This document shows, in pieces, positions 1 through 9,063 of a stretch of DNA of 64,000 bases. Each line of letters opens with the position of its first letter. Position 1 is the stretch's first letter. The notes under the pieces are model-generated. The model had not been told where the DNA came from. It did no database searches and worked only from the letters and a program-made list of their open reading frames with translations. The position numbers were made by a program, and so were the translations under genes. The stretch covers positions 33,105 through 97,104 of IMG/VR virus record IMGVR_UViG_2802428829_000001; one strand, given 5' to 3'. This DNA comes from a virus (taxonomy: Duplodnaviria; Caudoviricetes).

Positions 1-23
1 GACCCCGACCAATATCTCGGTGC

Positions 24-314
24 TCACGTTTCACCGTCCTGACGCTTCAGGTCCGTCCGCTGGCCCTGCCGGGACCGTCGTTCACGGAAGTACGGTTCCA
101 ACGCCCGCCAGTCGAACAGTCTGATGCGCCCGGCCTTGGTCGCCTGGTCCATCGGCACAGGCCAATCCGGGTCGGACTCGGCGAGCTGACGGCAGCGCTG
201 AGGGCTCAGTTTCTTCAGCCCCGCGGCCTCCAGACGGTCCGGCATCTCGGCGAACGTCACCAAGTCGGGGCCTCCTTCGGGGCGATCTTCCTCTCCCTCG
301 GGGGAGCCGGGCAT
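24..314 (-). CDS. small DNA-binding protein, AlpA/excisionase-like
   Basis: 96 aa from ATG 314: LVTFAEMPDRL..LSPQRCRQLAESDPDWP..GRIRLFDW, a winged-HTH pattern typical of AlpA/Xis; divergent from the 538 operon. Confidence 0.6.
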   Translation of the reverse strand: MPGSPEGEEDRPEGGPDLVTFAEMPDRLEAAGLKKLSPQRCRQLAESDPDWPVPMDQATKAGRIRLFDWRALEPYFRERRSRQGQRTDLKRQDGET

Positions 315-537
315 GGGCCCATCCTTCCAACTTCCTTGTGATGAAACAAGGAAGTTCGCTACTCTCGCTCCGGCAACAACAAGCCCCCGGCCCGGCGCTG
401 GCACGCCACATGGGCCGGGGGCGGATCCACTCGCAACTGCGACGAAGGAGTAGATCCGTGACGGATCGTAGCGAGCAGCCGCAGCAGAGCGGCACCCCCA
501 CGGACGGCTTACAGCCCAGGACGGCGGTGTCCGCCTG

Positions 538-825
538 ATGAGCACCATCCCCGAAGACGTACGGGAGATCCTCGCCACCGTCGCCAGTGACCTTCGCGGC
601 GGCCCGCAGGCCGACGAGGTCTGCTCGCACGCCGACGTCATGACCCGCATCGCGGTCGAGGCCAACCGGCGTACTCACTACCCGCTGGCGACCACGCACG
701 TGGCCGGCCGTCTGCTGCCCGACATGCCCGCCGACATCACCTGCGCCGAGTTCGCGGACCTCATCACCGAGCGCCTCGACGAGGACCAGGACGACGAGCA
801 GGACGAGCAGGGGGGTGCGCGATGA
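538..825 (+). CDS. hypothetical protein
   Basis: 95 aa, GC3-rich codons, ATGA-coupled to the next ORF. Confidence 0.7.
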   Translation: MSTIPEDVREILATVASDLRGGPQADEVCSHADVMTRIAVEANRRTHYPLATTHVAGRLLPDMPADITCAEFADLITERLDEDQDDEQDEQGGAR

Positions 826-980
826 GCGACACCGCACCCCGGACCCGGCAGTGCACGATGTGCGCCGGGAAGGGCGGCGCCACGCAGGAGGGCACCGAGA
901 CCCGCGACGGACGGCAAGTCACCACGAGTTCGTGGCGGCAGTGCAGTTCTTGCAACGGCACCGGCCAGGTGCCCGTATGA
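822..980 (+). CDS. small zinc-finger protein (two CxxCxGxG motifs)
   Basis: Not in the ORF track. MSDTAPRTRQCTMCAGKGG...RQCSSCNGTGQVPV, 52 aa, ATGA overlaps at both ends. Confidence 0.7.
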   Translation: MSDTAPRTRQCTMCAGKGGATQEGTETRDGRQVTTSSWRQCSSCNGTGQVPV

Positions 981-1201
981 GCCTCTTCTCCTGGCTGCGG
1001 CCGGATCGCCGCCGCGATGTCGCCGAACGGTACGAGGGATGGCAGCCCGCCAGACCCACCACCACGAGCAACAGGTCCCGCCGCCGCGGCGGCGACACGA
1101 TGGGCCGCCCCGACCGCAACCCCACTGGGCGCGGTGAGGACTTCCGCGCCCCCGACAGGGGCAACGGCACCACCCGCCGCCGCGGCCGTCGCCGCGGCTG
1201 A
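977..1201 (+). CDS. Arg-rich hypothetical protein
   Basis: MSLFSWLRPDRRRDVAERYEG..., translationally coupled to the upstream ORF. Confidence 0.55.
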   Translation: MSLFSWLRPDRRRDVAERYEGWQPARPTTTSNRSRRRGGDTMGRPDRNPTGRGEDFRAPDRGNGTTRRRGRRRG

Positions 1202-1281
1202 ACACCCACCCACCTGCTGCCTTGTCGCCCGCTGACCATCCCCGCGGGCGGCAGGGCCCGACCCCTATCCGGAGAACCCCT

Positions 1282-1353
1282 ATGCGCGCCATCTACCTGC
1301 TCGGCATGGCCGGGCCGTTCATCGTCGCCGCCGTCGCCGTCCTCGCCCGCTGA
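1282..1353 (+). CDS. 23-aa hydrophobic peptide
   Basis: GGAG RBS at 1271; MRAIYLLGMAGPFIVAAVAVLAR. Confidence 0.45.
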   Translation: MRAIYLLGMAGPFIVAAVAVLAR

Positions 1354-1364
1354 GGGAGCCCACC

Positions 1365-2237
1365 GTGAAGACCCGCACCGCCCACCGGTCCCGCTACGTC
1401 GTCCACACCGTCGACGGGAAACCCGAAGTCGTCGAGGAGCAGTACAAGGTGCAGGTGCCGGTCCCGCCCCGTGACTGGGACAGCATTGTCCGTATCGGCG
1501 TGACCGCCATCGCCTGCGTCCTGGTCACCGTCTCCCTCGCGTGGACGACCGCGAGCATCGGCGACCTCCTCGCCCTGACCACGATCCCCGCCGTCGCCTA
1601 CGCGGCCGGCGTCGCGTTCGACCTGAGCTGGGTCCTGTGCATGGGCGTCGAGTGGCTGCTGCGCTACGAGCCCGATCGCGCGGAAGTTGCCCGCCGCGCC
1701 GGGAACCTTGCGCTGCTGATCTCCATGGGCGCCGTGTTCGCCCACGGCTACCTCGCGGAACAGTGGCCCGTCGGCGCGGCCGGCGCCGCAGTCTCCCTCC
1801 TCGCCAAGGGGAGCTGGACCATCTCGATGCGCGTCCACGCCCGCGAACTCGACCCGCTCACCGCGCAGTGGGTCGCGAAGCGCCGCGCTCAGCTCGACGG
1901 GCAGCTCGCGATGATCCCCGTCCGCCGTGAACTGCTGCGCGGCGAGCAGCTCGTCGAGGCGGAGCGGCAGGCGCTGGCCGCCGAATCCGGATCCTCGGAT
2001 CCGTTCGGATCCGGACCGTCCGGGAATCCGAACCAGTCCGCGGACGGTCCGGACCCGTCCGGCCAGCCCGCCCCGGACAGGTCGCTGACCACGAAGGACG
2101 CGGTCCGGATCGTCTGGGACGAGGGGATCCGCACCAAGGAGGAAGCCGTCCGCGCAGTCTCAGCTCGGACCGGCCGCCCGGTCTCCCCGGACACCGTGCG
2201 CCGCTACCTCGACAAGCTGAGGCCCCCCGCCTCATGA
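1365..2237 (+). CDS. multi-TM protein with C-terminal HTH, SpdB/DUF2637-like plasmid-spread protein
   Basis: Four TM segments, coiled coil, S/G/P linker, C-terminal VSPDTVRRY HTH-like end; same architecture as Streptomyces SpdB-type proteins. Confidence 0.6.
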   Translation: MKTRTAHRSRYVVHTVDGKPEVVEEQYKVQVPVPPRDWDSIVRIGVTAIACVLVTVSLAWTTASIGDLLALTTIPAVAYAAGVAFDLSWVLCMGVEWLLRYEPDRAEVARRAGNLALLISMGAVFAHGYLAEQWPVGAAGAAVSLLAKGSWTISMRVHARELDPLTAQWVAKRRAQLDGQLAMIPVRRELLRGEQLVEAERQALAAESGSSDPFGSGPSGNPNQSADGPDPSGQPAPDRSLTTKDAVRIVWDEGIRTKEEAVRAVSARTGRPVSPDTVRRYLDKLRPPAS

Positions 2238-2389
2238 ACCCCACCCACGTCCTGCTCCTGGCCGCCGGCGCCGCCACGGGCCTCACCCTCGCCGGCCACG
2301 ACCGCGCCGGCGTCCGCCTCACCGCTGGCGTGGTCACCGCCATCGCCCTGCCGCTCCTGGTCCTCGAACTACTCACGGCGGCTATCTGA
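2234..2389 (+). CDS. small 2-TM membrane protein
   Basis: Not in the ORF track. MNPTHVLLLAAGAATGLTLAG...LLVLELLTAAI, 51 aa, coupled at both ends. Confidence 0.6.
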   Translation: MNPTHVLLLAAGAATGLTLAGHDRAGVRLTAGVVTAIALPLLVLELLTAAI

Positions 2390-3096
2390 TGTCCGCCCTG
2401 CTCGTGTTCGTGCTCCTCGCCGGACTGGCGTACGCCATCCACCGCCGCCGCGGCCCCGGCCCGGGCGCGTCCGCCGACGCCCGCGCCCGGCAACTCCGCA
2501 CCCTGCGCGTACGGCTCGCCGAGCTGCTCGGCATCCGCACCATCGCCGGGCAGCAAGCCCGCCGGTACGCGGCCGGCGCCGCGGGGGAACGCGCCATCGC
2601 CGCCGCCCTTCGCCCCCTGACGCGCCGCGGCTGGACGCTCCTCTTCGACCGGGCCCTGCCCCGCGGCCGCGCGAACCTCGACTGCCTCGCCATCTCCCCC
2701 GCGGGCGCGGTCGCCGTCGTCGACGCCAAGAAGTGGTCCGCCCGCTACCCCGTCACCGTGGCCAGCGGCAGCCTCCTCCACGGCCGCACCAACGTCACCG
2801 CCCGCTTGGCGGGCCTGCGCCACGAGGCTGCGGTCGTCGCCGAGCAACTCGGCGTGGCCGTCTCCGCGGTCGTCGTCCTCGACGGCCCCGCTCTCCACGA
2901 CGCCGGCGGGGGCGAGGTGGCGTTCACCGTGCTCGGCGACATCACGATCACGACCCGCCGCCACGCCTCGTACGTCCTCACCCGACTCCTCGACCCGCCG
3001 CACATCCCCCGCCCCCGCGACAGCGCCGCCCGCCGACTCGCCACCGCCGCGGGCCGCCAGTTCCCGCCCTACACCGCCCGGAGGAGGACGCGATGA
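2389..3096 (+). CDS. NERD (nuclease-related domain) protein with N-terminal TM
   Basis: GAAGERA..L..GWTLLFDRALPRGRANLDCLAISPAGAVAVVDAKKWS is the NERD/PD-(D/E)xK signature. Confidence 0.8.
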   Translation: MSALLVFVLLAGLAYAIHRRRGPGPGASADARARQLRTLRVRLAELLGIRTIAGQQARRYAAGAAGERAIAAALRPLTRRGWTLLFDRALPRGRANLDCLAISPAGAVAVVDAKKWSARYPVTVASGSLLHGRTNVTARLAGLRHEAAVVAEQLGVAVSAVVVLDGPALHDAGGGEVAFTVLGDITITTRRHASYVLTRLLDPPHIPRPRDSAARRLATAAGRQFPPYTARRRTR

Positions 3097-4055
3097 GCGA
3101 CCACAACACCCCCGGCGCCGACGAGCTGACTGCCCGCGCCCGCCTCGCCGCCGCCCTCGGTCACGGCACCCCACCCCCCATCACGACCGACAGCACCGAG
3201 CAGGCCAACACCGAGACCACCACGGCGCGCGCCCCGTGGTGGCGCCGAGCCCGCCGGCGCCCGGACACCGCCCCGTCCGCACCCACCGCCCCGGGCCCGG
3301 ATCCGGACTCTGCGGATCCCGTGGATCCGGACTGGGATCCGGACTGGGATCCGGATCCCGGTCCGGACACGGCGGATCGGGATCCGCGCATACGGCGCCT
3401 ACGCGGGGACTGGTGGCGCCTGGCCAGCCCGGATCGCGGTCCGGATCCATCCGAAGACGCCCCGGATCACATCCCGGACGCACCGGGAACGCCGGGCGCG
3501 GTCCCGGGCGCACCGGACCTCGGTCCGGACATGCGCAAGGCCGCCCCGAACGATCCGGATCCGGATCCGGCGGACGCCGACGAGCACCCCGCCGTCGACG
3601 AGGACCAGGACGAGGAGCCCGCGGCCGGCCCGCCGCGCCCTCGGCGCCGCGGGCTCGACTGGAGCCCGCCCCAGGCGCCGCGCGCTCGCCAGTCCGCCGC
3701 GGAGTGGTGGCTCGGGTTCTCCGTCGCCAACTCGTTCCTGCTCCTCAACGGCTCCGCCGTCGCCGCCGGTACCTGGGGCGCCGGCCTGTTCACCGGGGAC
3801 TGGAGCACCGGCATCCCGCAGCTCACCCTCGCCGCGATGCACGACGCCGCGGCCGAGTCGACCAGCACCTCCACGCCGCTGTTCCTCGGCGGCCTCATCG
3901 TCCTGGGCTCCGCCATCGCCGGCGCAGCCGCCGCCGGGTTCGCCCTGCGCATCGTCGGCGCGTCACCGACCTTCGCGCGCTTCGTCCACTGGGCCCTGGT
4001 CCGCGTGCCCGTCGCCTCCACCCTCACCGCCCTCTGCCTCTACACGACCACCTGA
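3093..4055 (+). CDS. membrane protein with D/P-rich repeats
   Basis: GGAGGA RBS, ATG 3093; DPD repeats followed by about 3 TM helices. Confidence 0.7.
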   Translation: MSDHNTPGADELTARARLAAALGHGTPPPITTDSTEQANTETTTARAPWWRRARRRPDTAPSAPTAPGPDPDSADPVDPDWDPDWDPDPGPDTADRDPRIRRLRGDWWRLASPDRGPDPSEDAPDHIPDAPGTPGAVPGAPDLGPDMRKAAPNDPDPDPADADEHPAVDEDQDEEPAAGPPRPRRRGLDWSPPQAPRARQSAAEWWLGFSVANSFLLLNGSAVAAGTWGAGLFTGDWSTGIPQLTLAAMHDAAAESTSTSTPLFLGGLIVLGSAIAGAAAAGFALRIVGASPTFARFVHWALVRVPVASTLTALCLYTTT

Positions 4056-4068
4056 AAGGGGGGACCCC

Positions 4069-4515
4069 GTGTCTCACACCATGACCACGGCCGCCGGCGA
4101 ACTGACCACCGCAGTCGGCCCGGTCTCCGCAACCGGCCTGGCCCTGCTGACCGGCGCCATGCTCGTTCTCGGCGTCGCCGGGAAGGGCAAGAAGCGGCTT
4201 GCGTCTGGCCCCGCCCAGCTCGTCGGCGTCGTCACCGAGCTGGCGTTCCTCCGCTCCGGCGCCCCGTTCCACGACATCGGCATCGCGTTCCAGTCCATCG
4301 CCAAGGGCATCGCGGCCAATCCGTCCCTCGGCGCTCCCGGGATGGGCGCCGTGTGCCTGCTGTTCATCATCCTGAGCCTGTTCGCGCGGATCGTGCCCGT
4401 CACGGGGGCGCTCCTCGGGCTCGTCCTCGGCGGCGCCATGGAGGCCGCCAACGGCTCCATCTGGAACGCCCTCGTGGGCCTGCTGTCCATCCCGCTCGGG
4501 TTCCTGGCGGCCTGA
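4069..4515 (+). CDS. hydrophobic multi-TM protein
   Basis: 148 aa, mostly hydrophobic, RBS AAAGGGGGG. Confidence 0.75.
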   Translation: MSHTMTTAAGELTTAVGPVSATGLALLTGAMLVLGVAGKGKKRLASGPAQLVGVVTELAFLRSGAPFHDIGIAFQSIAKGIAANPSLGAPGMGAVCLLFIILSLFARIVPVTGALLGLVLGGAMEAANGSIWNALVGLLSIPLGFLAA

Positions 4516-4516
4516 C

Positions 4517-5419
4517 ATGGGCGCGTGGAGGCAGGCCGTCAGCGTGCTGCACGGGGCACACCGCCTGCTGCCGGTGCTGGTGCGCTCCACCCGCGTCATG
4601 GTCGCGGCCGTGGCCGGCCTGATCCGGGGCGACGTCCCGAAGAAGTCGGCGAACGCCGGGGGCGGGGAGACCTTCGGGCGGCTGCTGGCCGTGTGCGTGG
4701 TCGGGTACCTGCTGACCTACCTGACCGGCGGCCGGCCGTGGCTCTGGTACGTCTACGGCGCCCTGTGGCTGGGCGGCTGCCTGGTCCTGGCCGCCGCACG
4801 GCAGGACTGGCCCAAGGAGGCGCCGGCCCCCGACTCACGACCCGGGGGCGGGCCGTTCCGGCAGCGGCTGCGCGCCGTGCTGCAGCGGGATCCAGACAAG
4901 AAAGTCGATCTTGAAAAATCGGTGGGGGAGGGGTCCAACTCTTCCCCTGCCGAGACCGCCGACCGCATGGCCTACACAGTGATCGCAGCCGTAGCCGACG
5001 CCGAACAGAACGGATACCGGGGCGTCCACGTCGCCGAACTCCGCGAAATCCTCGCCACCCGTGGACTCCCCGCCCCTGAGGAAGTCGGCACTCTCCGCAA
5101 GTGGCTGGAAGCATCCGACTTTCCCGTCAGCCGGAACCTGAAAGTGCGCGGAAAGGGACCCACCTGGGGAGTACGCGCAGACGCCCTGTCGGACACCCTT
5201 GGCATGCCCCTGCACGAGGCCCTGGAAGCTCTCGTTTCGCACCCCGCCGAGGGCGACCCAACCGCCCCCGCGCCCGCCCTTTCCCTGGCCTCCTCCCTGG
5301 CCCCGCCGGAGGCCGGCCCCGCAGCCCTCGCAGAACCCCCCACAGAGGCCGCCCAGGAACTGCCCCCGCCGCGGCACCTGAGGGCCGTGCCCGCCCCCTC
5401 TTCCGAAGCCACCGGATGA
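4517..5419 (+). CDS. 2-TM protein with cytoplasmic winged-helix-like domain
   Basis: Two TMs, then GVHVAELREIL...LRKWLE...KVRGKGPTWGVRADAL. Confidence 0.6.
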   Translation: MGAWRQAVSVLHGAHRLLPVLVRSTRVMVAAVAGLIRGDVPKKSANAGGGETFGRLLAVCVVGYLLTYLTGGRPWLWYVYGALWLGGCLVLAAARQDWPKEAPAPDSRPGGGPFRQRLRAVLQRDPDKKVDLEKSVGEGSNSSPAETADRMAYTVIAAVADAEQNGYRGVHVAELREILATRGLPAPEEVGTLRKWLEASDFPVSRNLKVRGKGPTWGVRADALSDTLGMPLHEALEALVSHPAEGDPTAPAPALSLASSLAPPEAGPAALAEPPTEAAQELPPPRHLRAVPAPSSEATG

Positions 5420-5456
5420 TCACTCCCAGGAGACGGAAGACGCCCAGGTCATAGCT

Positions 5457-5512
5457 CATCTACCCGGCCCATCTGCCTGCCATCTACCGGGCATCTCCCG
5501 CCCCGTCTACCC
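5457..5512 (+). repeat. five helically phased C(A/G)TCTNCC direct repeats (iteron/clt-like)
   Basis: CATCTACC 5457, CATCTGCC 5470, CATCTACC 5481, CATCTCCC 5492, CGTCTACC 5504. Confidence 0.7.
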
Positions 5513-5616
5513 GAGATTGGCCGCCCGCCGAGAGGGGGGCACCGATCCCGAACGACGCCCCGCTCCTTGCCGGATCCCGCTACCGTCTCCCCAGACGGGC
5601 AGTGCGGGAGGGACCA

Positions 5617-5856
5617 ATGGCCTGGCGATACGAATGCGACGATTGCACCTGGCGCTCGACCTGGGTGGATCGCTTCGACGCTGAGCGCATTCAGGGACAA
5701 CACTGGCGCGACGCCCACAGCGGGAAACCCTCCACACATGAGCGGTTCGTGCGCGACAACGACGGCCGCGGCATCGAAAGCCCCCGACAGATGGTGTTCA
5801 TCGCTGCCGTGCTCGCCCTGGCCTTCCTCTACGCGATCTGGGAAAAGCTCACCTGA
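5617..5856 (+). CDS. small CxxC/HxxxH zinc-finger membrane protein
   Basis: GGAGG RBS; YECDDC...HWRDAH plus C-terminal TM. Confidence 0.65.
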   Translation: MAWRYECDDCTWRSTWVDRFDAERIQGQHWRDAHSGKPSTHERFVRDNDGRGIESPRQMVFIAAVLALAFLYAIWEKLT

Positions 5857-6123
5857 GCCCGTAACGAAGGACTCCCCGCCTTTCGACGCGGCCTGAGTCT
5901 GCGAAATGCGCGAAGCGGAAAAAGAGCGATGGGCAGCCGTGCCCTAAGGGCCCGCCATGCGGGCTATGAGGCCCCGTCCCCTCCCGGCGCAGGCCGCCGA
6001 ACGAGCCCGGTCAGAAACGGCCAATACCTCGCATTCGCACTCCGCAGCCACATACCGGTCGGTAGCCTGCCCCCGCATCGCGGCACATGCCGCACCGGCC
6101 AACTCACCACCAGGGGGGACCAC

Positions 6124-6921
6124 ATGACCGAGCCTCCGCGACGCCGATCCCGGACCAGGCCCCTGCTCGGCATCGCCATCGCCGCCACCGCGCTGCTCAC
6201 CGCCTGCAGCGGCGGAGACGACAGCGACACCAACGACGAACCTGGCCCCGCCGCGACCGCCAGCATCGAGGGCAAGGACACGAAGGCCGCCGGCACCGAC
6301 CTCGACGCGGCCGCCGAGAGCTACGTCAACATGATCTTCAGCGGCAACGCCGCCGACGCCTACGACACCCTGTCGGCCCGTTGCCAAGAGGCTGTAGGCG
6401 GCAGCCGCGACGCCTACGCCACGGCCATGGAAGACGCGAGCCTCTACGGCACCCTCAAGGCCGGGAACATCAAGACCGCCGACGACGGCACGACCGGCCG
6501 CGCGTCCTACACCGTCGGCGACGTCGACGACCTCACCCGCACCCGGCAGCAGTGGATCCTTGAGAACGGCGCCTGGCGCTGGGACGCCTGCCCCTCCACC
6601 GCGACCGGCGAACCGTCACCGGTGTCCGAGGACGTCACCATCACGAGGGCCGGCACCGAGAACCACCAGACGTGGGGACCTGACGCCTACGTCGTGCACT
6701 ACGAGATCACCAACCACGGTACGGACGACGCCTCGTACTTCGTGCAGCTCGCGTTCCTCGACAAGGACGGCGACCAGCTCGGCACCACCGGCATCACCGC
6801 GGACAACCTCGGCCCCGGCAAGACCAAGACCGGCGACACCGCGCCCGTGGACGCCGAGATCGAGAACGGCCCCATGGACGCCATCACCGCCGTACAGGTC
6901 ACCCAGGTCAACCTGAGCTGA
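6124..6921 (+). CDS. lipoprotein with C-terminal FxLYD-like Ig domain
   Basis: Signal peptide and lipobox LLTA|C; ITNHG..YFVQLAFLDKDGDQLG..LGPGKT. Confidence 0.75.
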   Translation: MTEPPRRRSRTRPLLGIAIAATALLTACSGGDDSDTNDEPGPAATASIEGKDTKAAGTDLDAAAESYVNMIFSGNAADAYDTLSARCQEAVGGSRDAYATAMEDASLYGTLKAGNIKTADDGTTGRASYTVGDVDDLTRTRQQWILENGAWRWDACPSTATGEPSPVSEDVTITRAGTENHQTWGPDAYVVHYEITNHGTDDASYFVQLAFLDKDGDQLGTTGITADNLGPGKTKTGDTAPVDAEIENGPMDAITAVQVTQVNLS

Positions 6922-6949
6922 CCGGCCGGCGCCCGCCAGCGCCCTCAAC

Positions 6950-6985
6950 GCCCCGCCGCATACGCCCTCCCGCGCGCGGCGGGGC
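6950..6985. terminator. hairpin between convergent genes
   Basis: GCCCCGCCGC / GCGGCGGGGC 10-bp stem. Confidence 0.6.
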
Positions 6986-7004
6986 TACGCTTCGACGGCT
7001 CGCG

Positions 7005-7289
7005 TCATGAGTTGATGGACTTCACGGTCGGCTTCCTCTTGGGCTTGACGCCGTATTCCGTGGCGATGCCCTTCACGGTCTGCTCGGTGTACGGCGTGTG
7101 CTCGGCGAACTTTCCTTGCGAGAGACCGGAAGCGGCCAGTTCCTCAGCGAGGATCTTGCGGTAGGCGTGGCGCAGCAGGTCGGCCTCCTCGGCGGCTTTC
7201 CGCATGGCCTCCTCGGCGTCCTTCATCCGCTGGGGCGGAGTCCAGGCGCCCGCTTCCTGGTTCTCGGGTGAGTTCGCGCGTGGGGTCAT
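7005..7289 (-). CDS. HTH regulator A (probably leaderless)
   Basis: LAASGLSQGKFAEHTPYTEQTVKGIA is an XRE-like HTH; -10-like AATACT lies a few nt before the ATG, with no SD. Confidence 0.7.
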   Translation of the reverse strand: MTPRANSPENQEAGAWTPPQRMKDAEEAMRKAAEEADLLRHAYRKILAEELAASGLSQGKFAEHTPYTEQTVKGIATEYGVKPKRKPTVKSINS

Positions 7290-7435
7290 GCACCGAGTAT
7301 TCCATCAGCGGGTTTGGTAAACGCATTGACCTTCGCGTCGCGCGCGAGTCGAGGCCCCCGGCCGCCTGTCCGCGGCCGTCCCTCTTTGCTGCAGAGCGGC
7401 GTACCAGATGGGCTCTGAGCTGCGAAAACGTTGAA

Positions 7436-7472
7436 CCAAAATGTGGTTTCCAAAAGTGATTTTGGATAGTAT
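7436..7472 (+). promoter_or_regulatory. class-A operator/promoter (CCAAA-N6-TTTGG plus TAGTAT)
   Basis: Palindrome TCCAAAA-GTGA-TTTTGGA; related copies at 7302, 9681, 12405, 22111. Confidence 0.7.
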
Positions 7473-7508
7473 GGAGGTGAACCAAGATCACTTACCGAAA
7501 GGGCAGAA

Positions 7509-9032
7509 ATGCCTGACCACCAGAGCTACGCCAAACACCTCGCAGGACAGTCCCAACTGGCCGCCGCCGCGTACCATTTCGGCCGGGCCGCCGCGCAGAC
7601 CGACGCTCGCAACGAGGCCCCTGCCGAGCCGACCGTCCACCGCTTCGACAGCACCGGCGAGGCCCGGGCGGCATGCGACCGCAACGAGGTCGCCGATGGC
7701 GACGTGCTCGTGATCGGCAACGAGGGGGTCGCCGGGTTCCTCGTCGTCGCCATGCCCGCCGCCATCACCGAAGAGCGGGGCGCATTCGGCCGACTGCCTT
7801 CCCCCGCGCACGAGTACATGAACGGCTGGTACGCCGACAGCGCCCGCCTCGCCGAGCAAGAGGCCCTTGTGCTCGGCGCCCCGGTGCGCATCGAGCACGC
7901 GTCCCCGACGATCCTCGCGCACCGCGCGGGCACCGTCCCGGCCGACACCGGAGACGAGCGCGCCCACTACGCCGACCGCTTCTCCACCAGGACGCTGTGC
8001 GAGGAGGACAAGCTCCGCGACCTGAACGAGTCCGAGGCCGCCGGCCGCAGGCCGTGCGCCTCCTGCCTCGTCCACGCCCGCGACCGCGCCGCGTCACGCG
8101 AGGCCGCGCGGCGCGCCGGGGGGGAGGCTGCCGCCCAGGAGCCGGCCCGGCCGGAAATCGACCCGAGCACGCACACCTTCGACAGCTCGGCTGAGGCGTA
8201 CGACGCAACGCAGTGTCGCGACGACATCCGGGACGGCGACGTGCTCCTCGTGCCGTCCGAGGGCATCGTCGCGATCCTCAGAGGCGCCTGGCCCGTCGCC
8301 CTGACGGCCGCGCACGGCGAGCTGCACACGCTGACCAAGGCGGCCGACGCCATCGATGGCGGGCGGTACAAGGCGAGCGTCCAGGCCGCCGTGCAGGCCG
8401 CCGCCCAACTCGGCGTCGAGCTGGCCCCGGTGCACCGGCCCGTCGAGCCGAACGGGGCCGGCGACCGCGTCGTGTGCGACGACGGCTCGACGCGCACCGT
8501 CGACCGCGCCGACCGCGCACCCGACGGGCACCTGTGGCTGCACACCACCGAGGGCTCCGCCTGGCGCGCGGACCGCTGCGAGACGGTCGACGTCTCCCGG
8601 GTCGACGAGGCCCGCGCTGCAGCCCGGAAGGCCGCTGCAGTGCTGCGATCCTCGACGCCGCCGGCCGCCGACGAAGCTGCGGACGCTCTCCGCGAGCTGG
8701 GGGAGGCCCTGCGCTACCTGGCCCAGGCGTCCCCCGAAGCGCTGGACCAGCTGAGCACCGAGTGCACGCGGCGGATCGTCACCGAACTGCCGCGGCTGTC
8801 GGTCGTGCCCAGCGACATCGTCCACATGCTCGGCGTGCGGCTCCGCGTCCTCGACACCGGCGTGCAGGAGGCCAACGGCGCGGCCCCGCGCTGGTGGGCC
8901 GACGTGCACGGCGTCGACGAGGCGGACCGCCGCGCGACGTACCGGGCGCCGTGGCGCACGGCCATCGACGTCGAGTACGCGGCGTGGGACCTGCTGACCG
9001 TCGAGCGCCTCGCCCCGACCCTCCCGTTCTGA
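7509..9032 (+). CDS. hypothetical protein with internally duplicated domain
   Basis: 507 aa; HxFDS..EA..A......DGDVL...EG occurs twice. Confidence 0.75.
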   Translation: MPDHQSYAKHLAGQSQLAAAAYHFGRAAAQTDARNEAPAEPTVHRFDSTGEARAACDRNEVADGDVLVIGNEGVAGFLVVAMPAAITEERGAFGRLPSPAHEYMNGWYADSARLAEQEALVLGAPVRIEHASPTILAHRAGTVPADTGDERAHYADRFSTRTLCEEDKLRDLNESEAAGRRPCASCLVHARDRAASREAARRAGGEAAAQEPARPEIDPSTHTFDSSAEAYDATQCRDDIRDGDVLLVPSEGIVAILRGAWPVALTAAHGELHTLTKAADAIDGGRYKASVQAAVQAAAQLGVELAPVHRPVEPNGAGDRVVCDDGSTRTVDRADRAPDGHLWLHTTEGSAWRADRCETVDVSRVDEARAAARKAAAVLRSSTPPAADEAADALRELGEALRYLAQASPEALDQLSTECTRRIVTELPRLSVVPSDIVHMLGVRLRVLDTGVQEANGAAPRWWADVHGVDEADRRATYRAPWRTAIDVEYAAWDLLTVERLAPTLPF

Positions 9033-9063
9033 CCTGCCCAGCCGACCGGAGAAGAGGAACAGC

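Noticed and set aside
3300-3570. Possible CRISPR array
   Set aside because: Repeats are 6-12 nt, inside a CDS, without unique spacers or cas genes.
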